Below the pieces are notes generated by a model, which saw nothing but the letters and a program-made list of their open reading frames with translations, had not been told where the DNA came from and searched no databases. DNA of 64,000 nucleotides from Octopus vulgaris (taxonomy: Eukaryota), in the NCBI GenBank assembly GCA_951406725.2, contig OX597829.1, forward strand, positions 41,106,001 through 41,170,000, in the 5' to 3' direction. Every line of letters begins with the position of its first letter. The stretch's first letter is position 1. A program made the position numbers and the translations under genes. This document shows positions 44,387 to 54,637 of the stretch, piece by piece.

Positions 44387-47300
44387 GTAAGTATCTCGCC
44401 CTCCACCTTTTTTACTTACTTTATTCCTTATAATTAATCTTTTTAAACATGTTTTCTGCATATTTAAATATCTAGTTGTTGTTTTAAAATGTATATGAAT
44501 TGCTGCATTGATATGTTTTATTAAAGTAATGATTAAATCGAATTTTTATTGCCATTTCTGATTCACACATGGTTTTTTGCAATGACGCCATTTATGGAGG
44601 AAATGTCTTCCAAATGATTTCTTGGCGATTTTTATTACAAAAAAAAGGGCTTTATTGTTACCATTGTTGATTTTTTTTTTTTAAGCTTGTATTTTTATTA
44701 TATATATCTTAATAACAAACTATGAATCCTATACACTGCTGCATTAATATGTATATAAAATATATTGTGTCGTTTTTGCATGGTTTTACTGAAACATGGA
44801 ACTGCAAACATTTAAACCCTCCAAACATTTTTTTGAAATATGTGATAATTGTTATATGTTAATATATTTATGGGACCTGATTGCGGACATTCCAACCATG
44901 ACCATCCATCTTTCCGACAATATATTAACGACTATTAACTTTCTTATAAGATGATCGGTTAAAGTTTTGAACTATATAAATTATATATATACATACAATC
45001 AGCTTAGTTTCTCATATTATATCTGAATTTTAAATTCAGAAAACATAATTTTCAAAATAGATAAGTTGGTTGATTTCTTTACGCAACGAAGAAATAAGTC
45101 TGGGCTATGTTGGTGAAATATAATTTTAATTATTGAAAGGTTTCCTCTTAAACGTGGCTTTCTGCTATTTCGTAATGTTGAATTAGACGTTACCCCCGAC
45201 CAATAAGACTTTTCTTTGCATGCGTAAAAGAAAGGATCCATTTCAGTTTTGGATATTTTCTTATTCTTTGAAGTGTGAGTGTAGATCTAGATGTACAAGA
45301 TCAGTCTAGAGAGGGTTTCGTGTACGAATAGCAAAGTTCACGTTTTTTTCCCCTTTCGTTTCGTACTTAGTGCAACTACTTGCTTGTTATAATCTATATT
45401 AGCGGGTATGGTTGACGGATTATGTGAGCATTCGATCAGAAAATGTATCTGCTAATGATTACTGGATAGAAATATTTTTCTGATTCGACAAGATTTATGA
45501 TCAAAGGATTATTCTAGTCATAACCTTTCTTTTGTTCTATTTAGGCATACTCTAGATTTATTAAGAGTATTAGTGCTTTGTATATTTGCTTTTTTGTTAA
45601 GCTGGTATGGTGTGGTGTGATATGAGGAACATTTGCCTGCTATTTTTAACTCTCGAGATTGTACGGACAAGTCTCGTGGCTCGTGAGCTCTAGTTTCTTT
45701 AGTGGCGGGAGTGCGCGATTAGTTTTAGATACACAGTAGTAGTACCTGGGTAGATTCACTCTGCGTGTATTGACCAGGAAGGTTACATAGTTGAAAAGTC
45801 GGTCATTTGTTGTCTAAGCTAAATAAATGCCGCGAATGGCTTCACTTCATGGTTTGTAGCGCTTTCTGTGCCGGACAAAATATTTGCTCATATCTCGAAA
45901 CTTTTCTTGTATTCTTAAATAGCAACAATTTTATTAAACTAGGGGTAGTTGGGGAGTTCGTCCTGTAAAAGTTGATTCCACACGTGTAAGAAGAGTGCAC
46001 GTGTCTGTCGCAATCTCAGCCTAACTCCATGCAGGTTAGGTTAATTGTACTGCTTTTTTTTTTTTTTTTTTAATTGTCGAAATCTGTTGGAGAGTGGGGG
46101 AATCTTCCGGGAATGAACGCTTATGGTGATGATAGTGCCTTAAAAATAATGTCTCGATTGTATGACGTCATTTTAAATGTCGGTGGGGAGTGTCTGGAAA
46201 CACGTGGCTACTTAATGTGTAAATTGTGGCTCAGATTTATTCTTTGGCATATCGGGTGTTTTGATACTTCAAAGTTTTTGATTTAGTTTTAAGAAGCCCC
46301 ATTCTATTGTGCGAAGTTTCGATTCAATAAAACGGGGAGTACTGGCGAACCCCGAAAGGTGGCGGTGCGAACATGAACTTCGTTCAGTCTTCTTTCACGA
46401 AGACGAAACACTAAGTCCAGCGTGTTTGACTATAAAAGACTGGCAGTTCTATACTTATTAAATATATAGGGTACTGCTTGAGAACAGTGGTCCCGGTGCG
46501 CGCATCCGCGCTAGCTAGTCGATCCTACGACTACCTATCAATGTAAATAAAACACAAAATAAATAATTTTTTAAACAACGTAAGGATCGGCTAGTCATGA
46601 CTGGCTTGCGCCAGTGCGCGCACCGGGACCACTATTCTCAAGTAGTACCAACATATAATTCTGGGTTCAGTCCTGCGTGGCACCTTGGGCGAGTGTCTTC
46701 GGTACTATTTAAGAAGAGTGTCTTCTATAGCCTCGAGTTGACCAGTCTTGTGAGTGGATTTGGTAAATGGAAACTGAAAGCCCGTCGTATATGATCAAAG
46801 GATTGTATATTGTGTGTGTCCCCACCATCGCTTGACAACCCATGCTGGTGTCTTTACATCTCCGTGACATTGCGATTCGGTAAAAGAGACCGATAGAATA
46901 AGTACTGAGATATCAACGATTGAGTCCTGGGGTCGATTTGCTCGACTAAGATCGGTGCTCCAACATGGTCGCAGTCATATGATTGATACGGGTAAAAGAA
47001 TATATGTGCGAGTTATGTATGTGTGTATGCAGCTAGGTTTCGTTCTTACCTCCTTCATTTGTGAATTTCCAAGTAGAAATCGAGATCAGCGTCGAAAAAT
47101 CCATATTAGAGGGTGTTGTGCTGTCTGGGAAACTAACGAACGAATCTTGACAAGTCTGGCGCTTATTCTGATTGATTGCCGGTTTATGTATAGAGTAATG
47201 GCTTTTTAATGAAAGAAGAATAAAAGATGTTACTTTGGGACTTACAGGTTGTCTGTTTTCTTTCAGCAACACAAGCCGCAGAAGCAAAAGCCTGGTAAGT

Positions 47301-49540
47301 CTCCTGCCATTAAAGGCAAGAAGAAGAAGACCATTGTCAAATATACAATTGACTGCACACAGCCAGTTGAAGATGGCATTATGGATGTCAGCAAGTTTGT
47401 AAGTAAATTTCGATTTGGTTTGTCCTTTTCATATTTTGTTGCTTGGAGGAGAATGTCTTGTAGCCAGCATTCAAATGTAAACGTTGAAAACTTTGCTGTG
47501 ACCCTTCATTAACTGAAAGTGTGAAGCTTTGAGAGGGTGCTGTGATTGGTTGATGTATCGCCTGTCCAGTGTGTTAAGTAAGTAGATATTTTCAAGATAT
47601 TAATCACCATCATCGTTTAACGTCCGCTTTCCATGCTAGCATGGGTTGGACGGTTCAACTGGGGTCTGGCAAGCCTGAAGGCTGCACCAGGCCAGTCAGA
47701 TCTGGCAGTGTTTCTACAGCTGGATGCCCTTCCTAACGCAAACCACTCCGAGAGTGTAGTGGGTGATTTTATGTGCCAGGCGAGGCTGGCAGACGGCCAT
47801 GCTCGGATGGTGTTTTTATGTGCCACCGACACAGGTGCCAGACGAGGCTGGCGAACGGATGATGTTTGTTACGTGCCCACGTGTGGTTAATGCAAACTTT
47901 TGATGCTGTGATTAGCTATGTGGTCATACCTCATATATTGCTGGTTAAAGATCTTTAATTAAATGATACAGTCAACGACATATCTGCCATGCTTAGAAAA
48001 TCAAATTGAGGCTAGAAGAGATCCGAAGAAGTACATTGAATATGCAAATGCACTTTGTAGGAGTCTTGATGGGAGGTTCTTTTTAAATGAAGCTAAACTT
48101 TTTCATAGAAAGATGCTTACTTTGTGTTTCTTGGTCCGAAACATTTTATGTTCTAGACACTGGTTTCACTAGGAATATAGAGTCAGCGAGATAAACATAC
48201 AATGTCAGTAATGAGAACAGCTATTATAATTAAATCTTATGCTTACATTGTTTGTGAAGTTCTGTTGAAAATGTGATTTCAGATGTGCTGATGATATAGC
48301 TGTGGGTGCATTTTGTTTTAAGCTAACGTTTATGTTGATTTCTTGTCTAATGTGAAGGCGGCTTTTGTGCCGCCCTCTTGGATGTTAGGGTAACCTTCCC
48401 TAAGTTTCCATATTTCTCTTGCAGGAGGAGTTTTTGCATGCCCGAATTAAGATTAATGGGAAGACAAATAACTTTGACAATAATGTCTCATTGGAGAAGA
48501 CCAAGTCGAAGATTGTGCTAACGGCAGATATCCCCTTCTCAAAGAGGTATGTATTGTTGTTTTAATTTTACATTGTTTTTCCGTTTGAGCGGCAGTTTTT
48601 TCTAGCAGTGTCATATGAAGTTGTCACTGCATTTCAATCTGTTTTAGGGGGAGGGGATGTTTTTTTTCTTCACAAGTGTAAATAAACCCAATCTGTTTCT
48701 TAAATGAGGGACATATTCATACGGCACAGAATGTTTTCACCTCAATAAACGTCATTGATTGGTAGAAATTGAAGAAGAAAAAACGACAAATATCTTACAA
48801 ACTATAGAATTTTCTCAATAAAGCCTAGAGAAAAAGATGTTTTATAAACACATTCTACCAGTATACAAAGTTAAAAGTGTTTAGTTACGTGGAAATTATT
48901 TTGAAAAACTGCTGTTCTAACCGAAAAGATCCTGTTTTTCTTAACGTTTCAGCATTCAGATTAATTTATCAAACATGCTTGTTGATTTGCATTTTTTAAA
49001 GTTAGTGACAGCTTTGATACTTTTAATGTGATATTATTTGGAGATTAGTATTATGGGGTAGGTATGAGATGCTGGTTCTGGTCAGTTTCAACATAAGACC
49101 AAATATTCGTGCTGGGTGTGGTTTTATATAGATTTGTGCTGCAGAGGGGCATTTCTATTTCAAGTTCAGCTTTCTATGCAGAGGTGATTGTTGATCTAAA
49201 GAATGCTAACACTTAAGGCCTGGTTCATTTGAGATTTGTGACACTGCAGGTTGTGTTCCAATTTCATCATATGAAACCTTGCCAGCCTCAGGAAAGGGGC
49301 ATTTGAAGATGATGTTGTTTATAGAATTTTTTTCTTCCTTATCCTTTGAAGTTGCTGGTGTATAACTCTTTATATTTCTGCTTTATTGCTAGGTACTTGA
49401 AATATTTGGCCAAGAAATACCTGAAGAAGAATAGTCTTCGTGATTGGCTTCGAGTAGTTGCTGCCACTAAGGAATCTTATGAATTACGCTATTTCCATAT
49501 CAATAATGAGGAAGATGAAGATGATGAGGGTAATGAATAA
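44378..49540 (+). CDS. RPL22: 60S ribosomal protein L22 (eL22), 136 aa; join(44378..44386,47267..47398,48425..48546,49393..49540)
   Basis: Exons sum to 411 nt in frame: MPA|QHKPQK...[20 protein letters not shown]|[16 protein letters not shown]...IPFSKR|[23 protein letters not shown]...[20 protein letters not shown]. This has the typical eL22 motifs and acidic tail. Confidence 0.96.
46470..46649. mobile_element. Small GC-rich MITE in RPL22 intron 1
   Basis: 35-bp TIRs GGTACTGCTTGAGAACAGTGGTCCCGGTGCGCGCA / TGCGCGCACCGGGACCACTATTCTCAAGTAGTACC; degenerate 9-bp TSD AATATATAG/AACATATAA. Confidence 0.8.
46659..47000 (+). mobile_element. Diverged SINE family A
   Basis: GGGTTCAGTCC head remnant; GACCGATAGAATAAGTACT core. 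Confidence 0.75.
47267..47398 (+). CDS. RPL22: RPL22 exon 2
   Basis: TTTTCTTTCAG acceptor; [23 protein letters not shown]; GTAAGT donor. Confidence 0.95.
47603..47880 (-). mobile_element. RTE 3'UTR-derived repeat in RPL22 intron 2
   Basis: Reverse complement of the 21545-21955 core. Confidence 0.85.
48425..48546 (+). CDS. RPL22: RPL22 exon 3
   Basis: [40 protein letters not shown]; AG/GTATGT. Confidence 0.95.
48582..48932. mobile_element. M1 MITE in RPL22 intron 3 (left TIR eroded)
   Basis: Family body; flanking TGTTTTTC duplication. Confidence 0.85.
49393..49540 (+). CDS. RPL22: RPL22 exon 4
   Basis: [34 protein letters not shown]...*. Confidence 0.96.
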
Positions 49541-49574
49541 GGCTGGCATTCTTTTGTACAGTGTCAATAAGGTT

Positions 49575-49580
49575 AATAAA
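49575..49580 (+). terminator. RPL22 polyadenylation signal AATAAA
   Basis: 35 nt after the stop codon, followed by a GU-rich tract (GTTGCTTGGTTGTCGTGTT). Confidence 0.8.
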
Positions 49581-50699
49581 TAATTGAAAAAAGTTGCTTG
49601 GTTGTCGTGTTCATCTTTGCTTTGTGCATGTTCTTTATGTAGTTTTAAAAGAGATCTGAATTGAGTGATATTTGGTGCAACAATTTTTAGAAGCTATTAT
49701 TGCAAATTTTCTTTTGCTGTCATATTGGTTTTATTAAGCACCATTCCAGTTTCTTTTTTATTATATTTGAGGAAGGGTGGGGATTTGTTTGTGTTGTATG
49801 TCTGTGTAGACTGAGCTTGTTAGGATTGCATTGAATACCTAATGTTTTAACTTATTTTGAAATTGGCCTACAGCAATCTCAGAAAATGTGATCAAGTGCC
49901 TTATAGATATGTTCACTTCGTGTGTATGCATTCCTCAGCTTTGGAGTAGTGGAATATTTTTCATGTTCGTAGTAAATATATTACAAAAGCTGGGTTTTTT
50001 TTTTATTCAGAGAAAAAATATTACAGGGGTTGTGCAAAGCAGTAATATTGATCTCAAATTTCAGTGTTGGCAGATCTTTGTTGTTTAATCAACTGAATTA
50101 TTTGGCATTCCACAGACATGTATACTATTTAGCATAGTTCTCGGATGGAACTGACTGGCCCCGTACCGGTGGCATGTAAAAGCACCCACTACACTCTCGG
50201 AGTGGTTGGCATTAGGAAGGGCATCCGGCTGCAGAAACTCTGCCAGGTCAAGATTGAAGCCTGGTCATAGAAAGCGGACATTAAACGATGATGCCGATGC
50301 AACATATTAGGGGCAATTCCTTTTAATCCTATTGCTACCAACCATTCCTGGTTTTAAACAAACTTGTTTAAAGAGATCTAGTGGTAAGTGCTGAACAGCA
50401 GTTTTCAGCAAGTATTTCTACCCTTATAAATTCTTATATTCTAAGGGGGCCCTTCTGCTGGCACATTACCCACTTGGATATTAGGATTATGGTGCATTTA
50501 AACCTACCACTGAAATTTTGTTAAATGCAAGGAAGTTTTAATAAGGACTGTGTTCCTGTAGAAATGTAGTAAAATAGGGTTTAAATAAATTTATGCCTTT
50601 TGGTTTTCCACACTGGCAATACCCTGATTGATAATTGGGAGGGATGTTTTGTTGACTGAAATGAGAAAAATAGCAGATCATCTCATTTTAACATATATT

Positions 50700-51230
50700 T
50701 ACAATAATTAAATAAAAATGTCTTGAAAATACTAAAGAGCAAATTTGTTCAATAGATTCGCCATTGGCTTCGACCATGGTCTCCAGGCGACTTCAGAATC
50801 TCTTTTGGAAGTTGGTAAATGCTGCCATAATCCTTGCCTTCAGTTCATCTTTGGTGTTACAAGAAGTTTTGTTGGTCTCTTACTCATCTGCACCCAAAGG
50901 GGGTTACAGAAATTGACTGCCATGAATGGAAGCATAACATTGCCATCGCTAGTGATCACTTTAGACTCCATAATGTTGACTGGATGTTTGATTTTTATCA
51001 CTCAGTACATATCCTCAGATTGACACCCAAACACTGAAATGTTCATATTGAAATTCCTGGTGCAAATGCCAAGCAGTACAGTATGTGTCAGTGAATTACA
51101 TCATGGTGCTGTTTTTCTCACAGATGGTGCCCAACCGACCCTATTATACTGTGTAGTCGAAAGTTAAAACAATGCACGTGCGAAATTAGATAAAATGGCA
51201 ATTTACCCATCGCACTCCCTCTCACTATAT
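50700..51230 (-). mobile_element. Internally deleted mariner-like fragment
   Basis: Minus-strand translation SRLETMVEANG resembles a mariner/DD37D transposase C-terminus; ends in a TA-flanked segment. Confidence 0.4.
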
Positions 51231-51295
51231 ATATATACATATACGGTGGACTTCCAGTTTTCATCTATGATACCACACGGTGGGTCTGGGATTGA

Positions 51296-51503
51296 TCCTT
51301 AAATTGTACTTAATTTATCGACCCTGGAAGGATGAAAGGCAAAGTCGACCTCGGCGATATTTGAACTCAGAACTTCTTAACCGTGTGTCCCTGATGAAAG
51401 GCAAAGTCGACCTCGGCGGAATTTGTATTCAGAACGTAACGACAGACGAAATACCGCTAAGCATTTCGCCTGGTGTGCTAACGTTTCTGCCAGCTCGCTG
51501 CCT
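51296..51503 (-). mobile_element. SINE family B, partly duplicated
   Basis: GATGAAAGGCAAAGTCGACCTCGGCG occurs twice. Confidence 0.8.
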
Positions 51504-53470
51504 TCTGCACGCAAATATATATCAGTATGATGATGTTGGTGATGTAAAGATCTTGTTCTGAAATGAACAGTAAACACAAACTCTAAATACTTGCAGGAAT
51601 CCGTAATTACCACTATGCTTGTACTGGGATTTTTTTTTCATCTCAGAGCATATACTATACAGATTTGTAGCCTTTGTTGTTGAAAATAAATTCGTTGCAG
51701 TTTGTATATGCTAAATCTTTAGTGTCTCCCACCATTACAGAGAATCAAAGTTTTGTAAATAATCTTTGATAATGGAAGCTCATCAGTTTTATGTAGAGAA
51801 TGGACAAATGGGTTCAACCTGTAATGGCTAAAACAAATGAAAGAACTTGAGAATTTTCCTAATGGACTAATGATAGGTGTAGGTTAATACAGTCTATTCA
51901 AAGATTTAGAAATGTTCTTTGCTTGGACAATACCCTTCTTATTTCAGTCATTAGATTGTAGCTTTGCAGAGGGGCCATGTTGAAGATATTTTAGTCAAAT
52001 GAATCGACCCCACTATCTTTTATTTTAACCCTTTAGCATTCATGTTACTCTGTCATGTCTGAGACCCCCTTCGGTCACAACTCAGACCATGGGATTGCAC
52101 CTAGAAAGTAACCCTCCCAGGCACAAGTCCGGGCAAGGTTGTTTATGGAAGACCAGCAGTCGCCCATGCATATGCCACCAGTGTTATACAAGGAAAAGGC
52201 AAAGGAGCTGATACAGCGTGTCACCTGTGACGTCGCAACTCATTTCCACAGCTGAGTGAACTGGAGCAACATGAAATAAAGTGTCTTGCTCAAGAACACA
52301 ACACGCAGCCCAGTCCGGGATTCAAGCTCACAACCTCATGATCATAAGCTCGATACTCTAACCACTGAGCCATATGCCTTCACTCTGTCATGTAATGCTT
52401 ATTTATTCACATTTTACAAAATTAATCATACATTATTTCATAACTACAAGATTTTGATGATGGGGTTATTTACTTTTAGAATGGTATTGTGGGGTGAGTC
52501 TAAGAGGTCAGATGAAGCAGGTAGAATATTTGGGCTGATTTTAATGCTAAAGGATTAAGCCTGGTACTTATTCTATTGTTCTCATTTGCTGAATCACTAA
52601 GTTACAAGGCCCTAAACGACTTGTCAAGCGGTGGTGAGGCACAAAGACATATATATATGATGGGCTTCTTTTAGTTTCCATCTACCAAATCCATTCACAA
52701 GGCTTTAGTCAGGTTATAGTAGTAGACACTTGCTCAAATACCATGCAGTGGGGCTGAAACCCAGAACTATGTGGTTGGGAAGTAAGCTTCTTGCCATTCC
52801 TGCAACTATGTGCAATATACTGAATATGAATCAGGCATTGCTGTTTACTTCACAACCATGTGGTTCTGGGTTCAATCTTACTGCACTGCACTGTGAATGA
52901 ATGTCTTCTGTAACACTAGATTGACCAATACCTTGTGCTTTAGTAGATAGGGACTGTGGATTGACCATTATATGTTTGTATTGCACTAAATTGCAGAGAC
53001 TTCTCTTGTTTAGCCATTGAAAATCTGTAACCAACAATGCTTTTATTCACAAATGTAAACTGAAATACACACATAAATAAAAAATAAAATATTAAGAAAA
53101 AAAAGTTTATTGCAAAAGAAATCAAAAAGCATTAGCATAAATATTTTCGGGCTGATTTATATTTTGGCAATGATCTTAGCTTTCTATAAACATAACCATT
53201 CTCTTGGATGGCTATCTTAACATTTGATTATACAGGTTGAACTAATTCTGTGTTCATTGGATAAGTTGGTGTTAACATTTAATTATGTGCAGCATTAAAA
53301 AAGCTTAAATGGAAATAATTAGTGACATCATTTTTTAACAAAATGTCAATGAATTAATACATCCATTTTTTTCTGCTGTTGAGATCTAGATAAGACCAGA
53401 ACATGTCCAAAAGTTCCGGTCTTATCTAGAAAAATGACAATATTACTGACTTAGTAATTAATTTTGTATT

Positions 53471-53507
<37 letters not shown>

Positions 53508-54585
53508 TCAGTACACATTTAATTTATTTAATATCACAAATGAGAAACAATGGCATTACTGGTTAGAGATTTCCAGCTTTGCCATTCACTGCATTTGTGA
53601 CAAGTGACAAGTCAGTGTAGTTACAGATACTGATTTAATTGGCTGATATAAATCCATGAATGTTATATGCACACATATACATATTTGTGTAAGACAGTTT
53701 CTATTCTAACATCACAAATGTTTGGTCAACTCATGAGTATGGTGCAAGACATTTGTCCAAAGTGCCATGCTGCAGGATTGAACCGGAAACTATGTGAATC
53801 AGTTGCACTTTCCTTAAACCACACAACCATTTATAGTTTAAAAAAACCCCATTAAATATGTTAACACAAATTTATCTAAGTGTTATTATGTTATTCCATA
53901 TGGATGGAATGTATGCACCACAGTTTTAGATTATTAATTACTATAGATAGAAATGTCTTTAATTAATTTAGACTTCCAGTTTTGTATATTAGATTCATTT
54001 ACATAAACTTCCCTTTGGAATACCCAAAGCAGGTTCAAATCCTTGTTTACATATTTCCCATCTCTCTGTCTGTCTGTCTCTCTCTCTCTCTCCTTTCTTT
54101 CAGTGAAATAGAAATATATGTTTATTATATTTTATGTTGATCCCAACTTATAAAATGAATATTGAGACATTATCTGAAATCAAATCAAAAAGGAATTCTT
54201 TTTAAAAAAATTGCACTGATTTATCATCACATTTCACAGACCCCTGTTTTCCAGTGAAGATAAGTGTGGACGGCTGGTTAATCAGCAGAATTGCTGATAT
54301 TTCTAGTTCCCTACTTGTTATAAAACTTTCTTGATGACATGTTTCAGGTGAGTTTAGTACCTAAGAGGCATTGGTGTATCTGGTGATTTTTGTTTCTTGG
54401 TCCATTTTCTAATTTTTTTTTTCTTTTAATGTTCAGTGAAAATTGATTCCTCCATTAGTTTATAATCCTTAACTTCAAAAAAAAATTTCACTGGTTTTGA
54501 ACATTTTATTGTTGTGAAAAGAGCCTTTTGAGCAAATATGTTCTTGATCATATATCTAATAAGGTCCTGTATCTGGCTATCGTTT

Positions 54586-54637
54586 TCAACCGCATGTTTC
54601 ACAAAACACATCGTCTTGAAGATTTGATAAGAAATCC
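54586..54637 (-). CDS. VPS9-domain gene last coding exon
   Basis: TTCTTGCAG acceptor; [16 protein letters not shown] in phase with the preceding exon. Confidence 0.65.

Noticed and set aside
46330-46420. Cluster of small hairpins with GAAA and TTCG loops in RPL22 intron 1
   Set aside because: Stems are short and the sequence looks like a decayed SINE B (CCCCGAAAGG...GACGAAAC...CTAAG)
48288-48300. TGATGA as box C of a C/D snoRNA
   Set aside because: No downstream CTGA box D with a terminal stem before the exon
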